Assembly: GCA_039809905.1 (NCBI GenBank)
Contig: JBDHVY010000001.1
Location: forward strand, 210,001 to 242,000
Reading direction: 5' to 3'
Source: Candidatus Babelota bacterium
GTDB taxonomy: Bacteria; Babelota; Babeliae; Babelales; Vermiphilaceae
DNA length: 32,000 bases
Shown: positions 18,375-28,058 of the stretch, one piece after another
How the letters are laid out: every line of letters starts with the position of its first letter
How positions within the stretch are numbered: the stretch's first letter is position 1
Made by a program: the position numbers and the translations under genes
Notes under the pieces: generated by a model
Databases searched by the model: none
What the model was told of the DNA's origin: nothing
Seen by the model: only the letters and a program-made list of their open reading frames with translations

Positions 18375-18656
18375 TTATGATTTACTGCCAGTTACGACTT
18401 CAGCAAGATACATGTACTTTGTTTTTGCCAAAGGACGGCATTGGTAAAATCGTACAACGTCACCAATTTTAGCTTCATTTTTTTCATCATGAACTTTGTA
18501 AGATTTTGTTTTTCTCAAAATTTTACGAAATTTAGGATGAATATATGTTTGCTCAGTTTCAACAACAATGGTTTTATCCATCTTGTCAGAAACAACCTTA
18601 CCTTCAAAAAGCTGTTTTACTTTTTCAGCTTTTATTTCCATAGAAACCTCACTCAT
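18375..18656 (-). CDS. rpsQ: 30S ribosomal protein S17
   Basis: GKVVSDKMDKTIVV......HP.F.K......K..VHDE.NEAKIGDVV....CRPL(S/A)K.K. Confidence 0.93.
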   Translation of the reverse strand: MSEVSMEIKAEKVKQLFEGKVVSDKMDKTIVVETEQTYIHPKFRKILRKTKSYKVHDEKNEAKIGDVVRFYQCRPLAKTKYMYLAEVVTGSKS

Positions 18657-18874
18657 TGTTTGCTCTTAACAGAACCAGCATTTTTCAACTGTATAGCAGT
18701 TAAAAGACGCGCGGCTTGTCTGCGTAATTTTTTGTACTGAGAATAGTCCTTAACTGGTTCTGTTATCGCATTTACACGCAAACCAAAAAGATCTTTTCTT
18801 GTACTGTCTAGTTTTTCTTGCAAATCTTCAACTGATAATTGTTGAACTCTTTGCATAAATCCCATTTGTTTCAT
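18653..18874 (-). CDS. rpmC: 50S ribosomal protein L29
   Basis: Position between rplP and rpsQ with 4-nt overlaps at both ends. [21 protein letters not shown] is the typical L29 helix motif. Confidence 0.9.
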   Translation of the reverse strand: MKQMGFMQRVQQLSVEDLQEKLDSTRKDLFGLRVNAITEPVKDYSQYKKLRRQAARLLTAIQLKNAGSVKSKQ

Positions 18875-19335
18875 AGTGTCAACTCTTGATTAACATCCGC
18901 AGTGGATTTTTGGCCGCCATATGTTTCATGGCCTTTTTTAACTACACGCGTTTTCATCGGAAGCTTATGCGCTGCAAGTTTTAAAATTTCTCTGGCTTTA
19001 GCCTCATCAACACCAGAAACTTCGCATACAATTCGGCCACGTTTTACTACCGCAACCCAAACTTCAGGGTTACCTTTACCTTTACCCATACGAGTTTCAG
19101 CAGGTTTTTTTGTCACGGGCTTATCAGGGAAAACTCGAAGAAATGATTCTCCAATTTTTCTCAAATGACGCGATAGCGTTACACGCATCGCTTCAATTTG
19201 CTGAGCTGTTACTCGACTTGGTTCAATAGCTTCTAAGCCATATTCACCAAAGAAAACAGTTCGGGCACCTTTTGACAAACCGTTTATTCTACCCTTTTGA
19301 ACTTTTCTAAACTTTATCTTTTTTGGCATCAACAT
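18871..19335 (-). CDS. rplP: 50S ribosomal protein L16 (about 15-aa C-terminal extension)
   Basis: [17 protein letters not shown]; [33 protein letters not shown]. Confidence 0.95.
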   Translation of the reverse strand: MLMPKKIKFRKVQKGRINGLSKGARTVFFGEYGLEAIEPSRVTAQQIEAMRVTLSRHLRKIGESFLRVFPDKPVTKKPAETRMGKGKGNPEVWVAVVKRGRIVCEVSGVDEAKAREILKLAAHKLPMKTRVVKKGHETYGGQKSTADVNQELTL

Positions 19336-19360
19336 GATTTAATCTCGTACTTTAAAAACA

Positions 19361-19999
19361 TTATCGGATATGTTGATACTCGCCTTTACATACCCATACC
19401 TGAACACCGATTACACCATATGTTGTATGTGCTTCTGCACGACCATAATCAATGTCAGCTCTTAAGGTATGAAGAGGAACAGACCCAACACGAGTCCACT
19501 CTCTACGAGCAATTTCTGCACCCTGCAATCTGCCAGAACAACAAATCTTTATGCCTTTAGCTCCTGCACGCATAACAGTTTGTGCTGCACGCTTCATAGC
19601 ACGCTTATAACTCACTCGTTGTTCAAGTTGAGTTGCTATATTTTGTGCAATCAAAACAGCATCAAGTTCTGGTTTTGCAACTTCCTGCACTGAAATTTCA
19701 ATGTTTTGCTTTTTAAGCAGAGTAGAAAGTTGATTGCGAAGAGTTTCAATTTCTTGACCCTTCTTACCAATAACGTGTCCAGGACGACCAGAATGAACAA
19801 TAATACGAATACTATCAGCAGCTTTTTCTATTTCAATACGAGACACTTCAGCTTTTTCAAGGGCAGACTTTAGAAAACGTCTAATGACAATATCTTCAAT
19901 AAGAAGCTTGCCATATTTATTACCCTGAGCAAACCAACGAGCATCCCAGCTACGATATATTCCTAAGCGAAATCCTATAGGATGTACTTTTTGTCCCAC
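19361..19999 (-). CDS. rpsC: 30S ribosomal protein S3
   Basis: GQKVHPIGFRLGI...W.A.WFA; KH-domain IIVHSGRPGHVIGKKGQEIE; GRLQGAEIAR.EW...G.VPLHTLRADIDYG. GTG start at 19999. Confidence 0.96.
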   Translation of the reverse strand: MGQKVHPIGFRLGIYRSWDARWFAQGNKYGKLLIEDIVIRRFLKSALEKAEVSRIEIEKAADSIRIIVHSGRPGHVIGKKGQEIETLRNQLSTLLKKQNIEISVQEVAKPELDAVLIAQNIATQLEQRVSYKRAMKRAAQTVMRAGAKGIKICCSGRLQGAEIARREWTRVGSVPLHTLRADIDYGRAEAHTTYGVIGVQVWVCKGEYQHIR

Positions 20000-20000
20000 C

Positions 20001-20339
20001 TTAATCCTTCTCTTGTTCTAAAACAACACTTGCATGACTGGATCGCTTACGATAAGGATTTGAACGTCCCATCGCACCTGGCTTGTAATATTTCTGCGTT
20101 GGACCATGATCAATACGTATATCAACGATTTTTAAATCAGACATAGCAATATTGTGAAGATCCTTAGCATTAGCCGCTGCAGACTCAATCAATTTTTTAA
20201 TAGGCACAGATCGCTTTACCGCTACTGTGGAAAGCCATCTCACTGCCTGCTCCACATTCTTACCACGCACCACATCAGCGAAAGGGCGTAATTTGAACGG
20301 AGAAATACTGAGATATCTATTTTTTGCGCTAAATCGCAT
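20001..20339 (-). CDS. rplV: 50S ribosomal protein L22
   Basis: ISPFKLRPFADVVRGKNVEQAV..L...KRS...KKLIESAAANA; RIDHGPT.K...P.AMGR.....KR.SH. ATG 20339 is preferred (GAGG 7 nt upstream) over the TTG 20345 in the ORF track. Confidence 0.93.
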   Translation of the reverse strand: MRFSAKNRYLSISPFKLRPFADVVRGKNVEQAVRWLSTVAVKRSVPIKKLIESAAANAKDLHNIAMSDLKIVDIRIDHGPTQKYYKPGAMGRSNPYRKRSSHASVVLEQEKD

Positions 20340-20433
20340 CAGCAAACCTCAACTAGTTATTTAAGATTCACATACAAATTCATGAATCCTATTCTTATTC
20401 TATCGTAAAGACACAAAAGAGACAACCCTAAAA

Positions 20434-20715
20434 TTACGCAGTCATACCAGCTTTTCGCTGACCACTATGCAATCTGAATGTCCTTGTCGGAGAAAACTCT
20501 CCCAAACGGTGTCCAACCATATTTTCAGTTACGAAAACTGAAATAAATTTTTTCCCATTGTGCACGGCAAAAGTTAATCCAACAAATTCTGGTGTAATCA
20601 AGCTTCTGCGTGACCATGTTTTTATAGCCTCGCGCTTGCCACCTTCTCTAGCTTTAGCAACTTTTTGCGCTAACGAGTCTTGTACATATGGGCCTTTTTT
20701 TGCAGACCTTGGCAT
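20434..20715 (-). CDS. rpsS: 30S ribosomal protein S19
   Basis: [11 protein letters not shown]...[43 protein letters not shown]. Confidence 0.96.
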   Translation of the reverse strand: MPRSAKKGPYVQDSLAQKVAKAREGGKREAIKTWSRRSLITPEFVGLTFAVHNGKKFISVFVTENMVGHRLGEFSPTRTFRLHSGQRKAGMTA

Positions 20716-20731
20716 ATTTCACTCCGTTAAC

Positions 20732-21559
20732 TTATGGTTTTCTTCTTTTTATAATTAAGTCATTCACATTACGCACACGACGAGTACGCGTACCTTTGCA
20801 ACCCTTACCCCATGGAGATCTAGGATGAGAACCAGATTTTGAACGACCTTCACCACCACCGTGAGGATGGTCAACTGGATTCATAGCCATACCACGAACA
20901 GAAGGTCTAAAGCCTAAGTGTCTAATACGACCAGCTTTACCCCATGAAATATTTTTAAAGTCGGCATTGCCAAGTTGCCCAATAGTTGCCCAGCAACCGT
21001 CAAGCACCATACGAATTTCACCTGAAGGCATTTTAAGCGTCACAAAACCATCCGCTTTACCTACGATCTGAGCTGAAACACCCGCACTACGCGCAAACGT
21101 TCCGCCAGAACCTGGGCGAACTTCAATATTGTGAACCATAAAACCATCTGGTACATTCTTTAAAGGCATTGCATTGCCAACTTTAGCATCAGCTGACTCA
21201 CTAGCCATTACAGAATCTCCTACGGAGATTGATTCAGGCTTAAGCAAGTATTTTTTTGCGCCATTAGCATATACAACAAGCATAATACGAACGTTACGAT
21301 TTGGGTCATACTCAATTGTAGTAACCTTACCCAAAACATCACGATCGGTACGCTTGAAATCAATAATACGATATCTTTTATCAGCACCACCGCCACGATG
21401 ACGTGTAGTTATTCTTCCATAGCTATTACGCCCACCAGATCTTCTTTGTAATCCGGTAACTAAACCAGGATGTGGTTTAGTGTGTGTAATGTCACTTGTT
21501 CCTACAAATGACTGAAAACGTAATGAAGAATTTCGCGGTTTTCGTTTAATTATGGCCAT
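20732..21559 (-). CDS. rplB: 50S ribosomal protein L2
   Basis: GRNS.GRIT.RHRGGG.KR.YR.IDFKR; YDPNR.; GQ.GN..........GKAGR.RHLG.RP.VRG.AMNPVDHPHGGGEG. Confidence 0.97.
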   Translation of the reverse strand: MAIIKRKPRNSSLRFQSFVGTSDITHTKPHPGLVTGLQRRSGGRNSYGRITTRHRGGGADKRYRIIDFKRTDRDVLGKVTTIEYDPNRNVRIMLVVYANGAKKYLLKPESISVGDSVMASESADAKVGNAMPLKNVPDGFMVHNIEVRPGSGGTFARSAGVSAQIVGKADGFVTLKMPSGEIRMVLDGCWATIGQLGNADFKNISWGKAGRIRHLGFRPSVRGMAMNPVDHPHGGGEGRSKSGSHPRSPWGKGCKGTRTRRVRNVNDLIIKRRKP

Positions 21560-21597
21560 TGGAGCCTCGCATCTTTCTCATTAAAAACTTAAACGTA

Positions 21598-21909
21598 TTA
21601 TTCTCTTGACTCAGTTGGTTTTTGACCAAAAAGATCAATTGAATAACCTTCTTTAAGAGTTACAATAACACGTTTTGTTGTTGAACCTTCTACGACCACT
21701 CGGCGTGATCTTCTCGTTTTACCGACGCGATTCAAAGTATTAACTTTATCGACTTTCACATCAAACAAGCGTTGCAATGCCTCTTTAATTTGCATCTTAT
21801 TCGCTTGAGGATGTACTTTTAGCACCAGTTTTTTCAATTTCTGATTAAGCAATGTTGCTTTTTCAGAAACAACCGAGCCTTTGATTATTTCATATACATT
21901 TAAATCCAT
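21598..21909 (-). CDS. rplW: 50S ribosomal protein L23
   Basis: Position between rplD and rplB. I....VSEKAT......K.V..V...ANK..IK.A...LF.VKV..VNT. Confidence 0.92.
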   Translation of the reverse strand: MDLNVYEIIKGSVVSEKATLLNQKLKKLVLKVHPQANKMQIKEALQRLFDVKVDKVNTLNRVGKTRRSRRVVVEGSTTKRVIVTLKEGYSIDLFGQKPTESRE

Positions 21910-22550
21910 TGTGAAACCATTCCTTTGAAGTGATCAAAATCTTTTTTCAAAAATAACCAGCAATCACTATTTGCTAAATCATATGCATTTGTTTGATCAA
22001 ATGATAAAGGACGCACATTTGGAATGTTTGCAAATGATAAAGCTGAATGAAAGTCATATGGAGCAACAAATAAAATTACTTTTTTATTTGCAAGACCTAC
22101 ATGATTCATCAGCTCTTGCGCTTCTGCTGTTTTTGGTTGTTCACCAGAAAGCTGCCAATCAGCACAAATTACATTTTTTTGTGCCAAATTATCAGCAAGC
22201 ATAGTCAATAAAATTTTATGCTTTACTTTCTTAGCTACTTTCAATGTACGAGTGCGCGCTTGTGGTCCAAAAATGGCACCCCCACCTTTCCATAGTGGAG
22301 ATTTAGCATCACCCGCACGTGCACGTCCTGTTCCTTTTTGCTTGTACGGCTTACGACCTGTATAAGCAACGTCGGAACGTCCTTTGCACGCAACAGTACC
22401 TTGCTGCCAATTATTTGCTAAAACACGAACCCACGTTGAAAATGAAGCTGGTGTTGCTTTTTTAAAGGCAGCAGTATCAAATTCTAATTCTTGCGCAGCA
22501 ACTGCATGTAAAAGTGTCGCAGAATTATTCATTGTTTCTTTCTTACTCAT
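21900..22550 (-). CDS. rplD: 50S ribosomal protein L4
   Basis: GRKPYKQKGTGRARAGD.KSPLWKGGG..FGP is the L4 loop motif. 10-nt overlap with rplW. Confidence 0.95.
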   Translation of the reverse strand: MSKKETMNNSATLLHAVAAQELEFDTAAFKKATPASFSTWVRVLANNWQQGTVACKGRSDVAYTGRKPYKQKGTGRARAGDAKSPLWKGGGAIFGPQARTRTLKVAKKVKHKILLTMLADNLAQKNVICADWQLSGEQPKTAEAQELMNHVGLANKKVILFVAPYDFHSALSFANIPNVRPLSFDQTNAYDLANSDCWLFLKKDFDHFKGMVSQWI

Positions 22551-22557
22551 TGTTCAC

Positions 22558-23175
22558 CTACGCCTTACGCACAAAGACCAATGATCCTGCTTTACCAGGA
22601 ATTGAGCCTTTTACTAATAACGTTTTGGTTTCTGCTTCCACCATAACTATTTCTAAATTCCTCATCATTTGGTTGTCGCAACCCATGTGACCAGGAAGTT
22701 TTTTCCCTTTAATCACATGTCCACTTTTAACAAGAGAACCAATTGAACCCGGACGGTTTCCCATGGTTGAACCATGACTTCCCGGAGGACCCCCAAAATT
22801 GTGTCTTTTAACAACACCCGCGAATGATTTACCTATTGTTTTGCTACGAACATCAACTAATTCACCCAATTGTAATTGTTGTGAAAAATCAATGCGCTTA
22901 CCAACAACAAAGTCAATATTTGCGTTTTCAAGAGGAATTTCTCGAATAAAACTAAAGTAACGGTTTGGAGTTTTAATCCATTCATTACTATATTTTTCGT
23001 CTTTAAAACGATTTTTTACACTACCCACTTGAAGAGCATTGTAACCATCTCGTTCTACAGTCTTAATATTGGTGACATACCAATCTGCAATATCAATTGC
23101 AGTAACAGGCACTACTTTATCATTAGCAAATACCTGTGTCATTCCAATTTTTCGACCCCATATCCCTGTTATCAT
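22558..23175 (-). CDS. rplC: 50S ribosomal protein L3
   Basis: GIWGRKIGMTQVF; G..F.GV.KRHNF.G.P.SHG.....R.PGSIG.....G.V.KGKK.PGHMG. Confidence 0.96.
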   Translation of the reverse strand: MITGIWGRKIGMTQVFANDKVVPVTAIDIADWYVTNIKTVERDGYNALQVGSVKNRFKDEKYSNEWIKTPNRYFSFIREIPLENANIDFVVGKRIDFSQQLQLGELVDVRSKTIGKSFAGVVKRHNFGGPPGSHGSTMGNRPGSIGSLVKSGHVIKGKKLPGHMGCDNQMMRNLEIVMVEAETKTLLVKGSIPGKAGSLVFVRKA

Positions 23176-23184
23176 ATGATGCCC

Positions 23185-23490
23185 TTACTTAATTTCCACG
23201 TCTACGCCAGAGGAAATATTGAGCTTCATAAGAGAATCCATTGTTTTATCTGACGGAGAGATAATATCAAGAATACGCTTATGAGTTGTCAACTCAAACT
23301 GTTCTCGTGACTTTTTGTCTATATGAGGAGATCGCAATACGGTAAAACATCGTCTCTTATTAGGAAGAGGAACAGGTCCCATTAGCTGAGCACCTGTTCT
23401 TTTTGCAGTCAAAACTATTTGCTTAACTGCCTTATCTAATAAACGATGATCGTATGATTGTAACTTAAGCCGAATGCATTGTTTTTTCAT
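23185..23490 (-). CDS. rpsJ: 30S ribosomal protein S10
   Basis: IRLKL.SYDH..LD.....IV..A.RTGA...GP.PLP......[22 protein letters not shown]. Confidence 0.96.
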   Translation of the reverse strand: MKKQCIRLKLQSYDHRLLDKAVKQIVLTAKRTGAQLMGPVPLPNKRRCFTVLRSPHIDKKSREQFELTTHKRILDIISPSDKTMDSLMKLNISSGVDVEIK

Positions 23491-23503
23491 CGATCATCCA
23501 ATT

Positions 23504-24694
23504 TTAATCTAATATTTCGGTTATAACACCGGATCCAACAGTTCTTCCACCTTCGCGAATAGCAAAATGAAGATCTTTATGCATTGCTATCTTTGAAATT
23601 AATTCAACATCAAGCTCAACAGTATCACCTGGCATTACCATTTCACGGCCAGCAGGCAATGTAACAATACCAGTTACGTCAGTTGTTCTGAAATAGAACT
23701 GAGGACGGTAACCAGTTAAGAATGCGCTATGTCTTCCGCCTTCATCTTTTGACAAGATGTATGCTTTACAACGGAATTTTTTATGCGCTTTAATACTACC
23801 TGGTTTAACGATAACCATACCACGCTCAACATCTTCTTTCTTAACACCACGAAGAAGTAAACCAACGTTATCGCCAGCTAAACCTTCATTCAATAGTTTT
23901 CTAAACATTTCAACGCCGGTAACAGTTGTTTTAACTGTGTCACGAAGACCAACAATCTCAACTTCTTCACCAACTTTAACTTTACCAGCTTCAATACGAC
24001 CAGTCGCTACAGTACCACGACCAGCGATTGAGAATACACCTTCAACAGGCATAATAAATGGTTTATCAGTATCACGAGCAGGTTCTGGTATATAAGAATC
24101 AAGAGCATCAACAAGTTTTTGAATTGCTGGCTCACCCAAATCACTCGTGTCACCGTTCAAACCTTTAAGAGCTGAACCTCTGATCACTGGAATTGAATCA
24201 CCAGGGAAATCATATTTTTTAAGCAATTCACGAATTTCTTCTTCAACCATGTCAACCATCTCAACGTCATCAACCATATCAACCTTGTTAAGGAAAACAA
24301 CAAGAGCTGGAACACCAACTTCTCGTGCCAATATGATATGTTCACGTGTTTGAGGCATAGCACCATCAGCAGCAGAAACTACTAATATTGCACCATCCAT
24401 CTGAGCAGCACCAGTGATCATGTTTTTTACATAGTCAGCATGTCCTGGACAGTCAATGTGTGCATAGTGACGCTTGTCAGACTCGTATTCAACGTGTGTA
24501 GTAGAAATAGTAATACCGCGCGCTTTTTCTTCTGGTGCGTTATCAATTTCGTCATACCCACGCGCTTCAGCGTATCCTTTTTTAGCCAAATAACTGGTAA
24601 TTGCGGCAGTCAACGTTGTTTTACCATGATCAACATGGCCGATGGTACCAACATTCACATGCGGCTTTTTACGCTCAAATACACCTTTTGCCAT
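23504..24694 (-). CDS. tuf: Elongation factor Tu
   Basis: 396 aa. [54 protein letters not shown]. Only 13 nt upstream of rpsJ. Confidence 0.98.
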   Translation of the reverse strand: MAKGVFERKKPHVNVGTIGHVDHGKTTLTAAITSYLAKKGYAEARGYDEIDNAPEEKARGITISTTHVEYESDKRHYAHIDCPGHADYVKNMITGAAQMDGAILVVSAADGAMPQTREHIILAREVGVPALVVFLNKVDMVDDVEMVDMVEEEIRELLKKYDFPGDSIPVIRGSALKGLNGDTSDLGEPAIQKLVDALDSYIPEPARDTDKPFIMPVEGVFSIAGRGTVATGRIEAGKVKVGEEVEIVGLRDTVKTTVTGVEMFRKLLNEGLAGDNVGLLLRGVKKEDVERGMVIVKPGSIKAHKKFRCKAYILSKDEGGRHSAFLTGYRPQFYFRTTDVTGIVTLPAGREMVMPGDTVELDVELISKIAMHKDLHFAIREGGRTVGSGVITEILD

Positions 24695-24725
24695 CGTTTA
24701 TACTCCTACGATTAACACAAAAAAA

Positions 24726-26810
24726 TTATTCTTTTTTATTCTTCGCAACTATTGCGTCTTGTACACTCTTAGGAACTTCTCTATAACATGCAAATTCCAT
24801 GTCGTAACTTGCACGTCCCTTGGTCATTGATCGAAGAGTTGTTGAATAACCAAACATCTCTCCAAGCGCAACTTCAGCAGAAATAATCTGTTGATTAAAT
24901 TCTGTTCGAGAGTCTAAAATACGACCACGTCGAGCATTAAGGTCACCGATCACATCACCAATGTTTTCTTCTGGTGTGTATACGTTTACCGTCATTATAG
25001 GCTCGAGCAGTACTGGAGAAGCTTTTGCCATAGCAGTCTTAAATGCCATGGATGCAGCAACTTTAAATGCTATTTCAGAAGAGTCAACATCATGGTATGA
25101 ACCGTCGAATAACGTTACTTTAACGTCAACAACAGGGTAACTGCCCAATATACCACCGACTAAACTTTCACGAATACCTTTTTCAACGGCAGGAATAAAT
25201 TCCCTTGGAATCGAACCACCAACAACAGCATTAACAAATTCAAATCCTTTGCCACGCTCGAGCGGTTCCATGTTTATCCATACGTGACCGAATTGACCAC
25301 GTCCGCCAGATTGACGAACAAATTTACCTTCAATATCATTCGCAACTTTTTGAATAGTTTCTCTATACGCAACTTGAAGCTTACCTTGAACAACTTCAAC
25401 TTTATGCTCCCTGCGTAAACGATCAACAATAATCTCAAGATGCAACTCACCCATACCAGAAATTTCGGTTTGGCCAGTTTCTTCATTGTAAGTAAACCTG
25501 AAGGAAGGATCCTCTTGCATCATCTTACGAAGCGCCAGAGTCATTTTTTCATAGTCAGCTTTAGCTTTTGGTTCAACAGATGTCGAAATAACAGGTGTAG
25601 GAATAGTAATAGATTCAAGGACTACAGGTACTTTATCTATCGCTAATGTATCACCCGTTTGAGCATCTTTCATACCAATAATAGCTGCTATATCACCGGC
25701 TTTTATGCTCGTGATTTCTTCACGTTTATTCGCGTGCATTTTAAGAAGACGACTAACCCGTTCTTTTTCACCAGTTCTTATGTTATACACATAGGATCCA
25801 GCTTTTAATTCACCCGAATAAACACGAACAAAGTTTAAAACACCCACAAATGGATCCGACATAATCTTGAACACAAGACCATAGAATGGACCGTTAGGAT
25901 CAGATGGGATTGGAAATTTTTCACCAGTGTCAGTATTTGTTCCTTCAATAGCAGGAACATCAAGAGGTGATGGCAAATAATCAACCACACCATCAAGCAA
26001 CAACTGAACACCTTTATTTTTAAAAGCAGAACCACAAAATACTGGTATAACTTTGAGTTCTACAACACCTTTGCGAAGAGCTGCTTTAATTTCAGGAAGA
26101 GTAATCTCTTCTTCCATTAAATATTTTTCAGCCAAAGCTTCATCCATATCGCATGCAGCAAGAACTATTTTGCCATGCAACTCTTCCATTTTTTCTTTAT
26201 ATTCATGAGGAACTTCAACCCACTCAACTATTTCTCCGTTTTCACCTTTGAAAATAGCCATTCTGCGAGTTAAAATATCAATGATAGAGGTAAAATCTTC
26301 TGACATACCCACTTGCATTTGCATCGCTACAACATTTGCTCCAAGCTTTGCTTTAATGTTTTGAATGGTACGCAAATAATCCGCACCAATACGATCAAGC
26401 TTATTAACAAAAACAATGCGAGGAACTCTGTAGCGGTTTGCTTGCTTCCATACAGTTTCTGATTGTGGCTGAACACCTTCAACACCAGAGAAAACTGCTA
26501 CTACACCATCAAGCACACGTAATGAGCGCTCAACTTCAATAGTAAAATCAATATGGCCTGGGGTATCAATAAGATTAATTTGGTGATCGCGCCAAAAAGC
26601 TGTTGTTGCAGCAGAAGTAATGGTAATACCACGTTCTTGCTCCTGCTCCATCCAATCCATTGTCGCTTCACCTTCATGCACTTCACCAATTTTGTGTGAA
26701 ACACCAGTATAAAGCAAAATGCGCTCTGAAACAGTTGTTTTACCTGCATCAATATGAGCTGCAATACCTATATTTCGATATTTCTCTAACGGATATTGTT
26801 TCGCTGACAT
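24726..26810 (-). CDS. fusA: Elongation factor G
   Basis: 694 aa. [53 protein letters not shown]. Confidence 0.98.
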   Translation of the reverse strand: MSAKQYPLEKYRNIGIAAHIDAGKTTVSERILLYTGVSHKIGEVHEGEATMDWMEQEQERGITITSAATTAFWRDHQINLIDTPGHIDFTIEVERSLRVLDGVVAVFSGVEGVQPQSETVWKQANRYRVPRIVFVNKLDRIGADYLRTIQNIKAKLGANVVAMQMQVGMSEDFTSIIDILTRRMAIFKGENGEIVEWVEVPHEYKEKMEELHGKIVLAACDMDEALAEKYLMEEEITLPEIKAALRKGVVELKVIPVFCGSAFKNKGVQLLLDGVVDYLPSPLDVPAIEGTNTDTGEKFPIPSDPNGPFYGLVFKIMSDPFVGVLNFVRVYSGELKAGSYVYNIRTGEKERVSRLLKMHANKREEITSIKAGDIAAIIGMKDAQTGDTLAIDKVPVVLESITIPTPVISTSVEPKAKADYEKMTLALRKMMQEDPSFRFTYNEETGQTEISGMGELHLEIIVDRLRREHKVEVVQGKLQVAYRETIQKVANDIEGKFVRQSGGRGQFGHVWINMEPLERGKGFEFVNAVVGGSIPREFIPAVEKGIRESLVGGILGSYPVVDVKVTLFDGSYHDVDSSEIAFKVAASMAFKTAMAKASPVLLEPIMTVNVYTPEENIGDVIGDLNARRGRILDSRTEFNQQIISAEVALGEMFGYSTTLRSMTKGRASYDMEFACYREVPKSVQDAIVAKNKKE

Positions 26811-26822
26811 AATGATCCTCTG

Positions 26823-27305
26823 TTACCATGCATAATGAGAGAATGCGCGATTTGCATCCGCCATACGTTGAACATCTGCTCTTTTCTTTACAGCGCCACC
26901 TTTGAGCTCACTTGCATCCAATAGTTCACGTCCAAGACGCAATCCCATTGTTTTATCAGAACGAGTTCTTGCAGAGGCAACAAGCCAACGGAATGCCAAC
27001 GCTTTTCTGCGTTTCTCACTCACTTCACGAGGGATTTGATAGGTGCTACCACCCACACGTCGAGAACGAACTTCAATGAAAGGAGCTACTTGTTCAAATG
27101 CGCGATGGAAAAGCTCAACTGCTTTTTTTTCATCGCCGTTCATTTTTTTAACAAGCACATCCATTGCTTCGTAAACAATTACCCTAGCACAATTTTTTTT
27201 GCCACACTTCATGACAACGTTGATAAGTTTTTGCAACAATGCTGATCCAAATTTTGGATCAACTCCAACCTCTCTTATAAATTCGACTTGCCTACGCCTT
27301 GGCAT
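26823..27305 (-). CDS. rpsG: 30S ribosomal protein S7
   Basis: MPRRR......DPKFGS.LLQK.IN..M..GKK; VEVRSRRVGGSTYQIP.EV...RR.ALA.RW. Confidence 0.96.
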   Translation of the reverse strand: MPRRRQVEFIREVGVDPKFGSALLQKLINVVMKCGKKNCARVIVYEAMDVLVKKMNGDEKKAVELFHRAFEQVAPFIEVRSRRVGGSTYQIPREVSEKRRKALAFRWLVASARTRSDKTMGLRLGRELLDASELKGGAVKKRADVQRMADANRAFSHYAW

Positions 27306-27316
27306 AATTCAATTCC

Positions 27317-27715
27317 TTATTTAGTAGTTGCCTTTGGACGCTTCGCTCCATAAAGAGATCGTCCTTGCCTTCTTTTATCTACGCCCGAACAATCAAGCGC
27401 GCCTCTTACAATATGATACTTAACACCAGGTAAATCCTTAACACGACCACCGCGTACAAGGACTACAGAGTGCTCTTGCAGATTGTGCCCTTCACCCGGG
27501 ATATAAGCTGTTACTTCTAGACCTGTAGTTAACTTAACACGAGCAACTTTTCGAAGCGCAGAGTTAGGTTTTTTAGGCGTCGTAGTAAAAACTCGGGTAC
27601 AAACACCTTTAGCAAAAGGCCCCTTAAGAAACAGTCCTCTTCTCAAGGCAGGACTTTTAGGTTTTACCTTAATTTTGTTCCTACCAAATCGACATAATTG
27701 ATTAATGGTTGGCAT
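27317..27715 (-). CDS. rpsL: 30S ribosomal protein S12
   Basis: MPTINQL.R.GR; [56 protein letters not shown]. Confidence 0.98.
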   Translation of the reverse strand: MPTINQLCRFGRNKIKVKPKSPALRRGLFLKGPFAKGVCTRVFTTTPKKPNSALRKVARVKLTTGLEVTAYIPGEGHNLQEHSVVLVRGGRVKDLPGVKYHIVRGALDCSGVDKRRQGRSLYGAKRPKATTK

Positions 27716-27818
27716 GTATAGAAACCCTTATGTTATCACGTTATAAAAAATAATTTATTATATAATCGCAACTTTTAATCCGACGCGCTACACCAAGCAC
27801 CTAAGTTGACTAATTGCT

Positions 27819-27846
27819 ATTTTACCCTCTTTGTGAATTTTTTCAA
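27819..27846 (-). promoter_or_regulatory. Sigma70-like promoter candidate for the rpsL-led cluster
   Basis: Minus strand reads TTGAAA (27846-27841), a 16-nt spacer, then TAAAAT (27824-27819). This would give a ~100-nt leader. A competing bare TATAAT sits at about 27758-27763, so the assignment is tentative. Confidence 0.3.
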
Positions 27847-28058
27847 GAAAATAATTAATAGCACCCATCAGAAAAAGTATGGTTTTTCAGCCTTTTTTGA
27901 CCAATGAGAACCCGAATTCAGGACCGGTAGCGCATTGAGTTTTTCTCAAGAAAGACAAGAAGCCGTGGACTTATATTCCTATTAATGATAGCTTACTTTT
28001 AGATAATTGGCAAAATAGTTTTTCTCAATAGTTAATCACATACAAAAGGATCATTCAT

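Noticed and set aside
8879-24095. Plus-strand ORFs of 60-118 aa antisense to rpoA, secY, rpsE, tuf and other ribosomal genes (for example 8879-9232, 13518-13859, 15059-15415, 23757-24095)
   Set aside because: All lie entirely within highly conserved minus-strand genes, lack SD sequences and have low-complexity Ser/Thr/Pro/Ile-rich composition typical of shadow frames.
27879-27938. 19-codon mini-ORF (MVFQPFLTNENPNSGPVAH) in the rpsL/rseP intergenic region
   Set aside because: Weak RBS, no recognisable peptide family, and a length well within chance expectation.
27716-28058. Possible tRNA, SRP RNA or other small RNA in the long intergenic region (CAGGACCGG loosely recalls the SRP domain IV CAGGTCCGG)
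   Set aside because: No cloverleaf, no T-loop consensus, and no long complementary arms as required for 4.5S RNA. The resemblance is 8-9 nt only.
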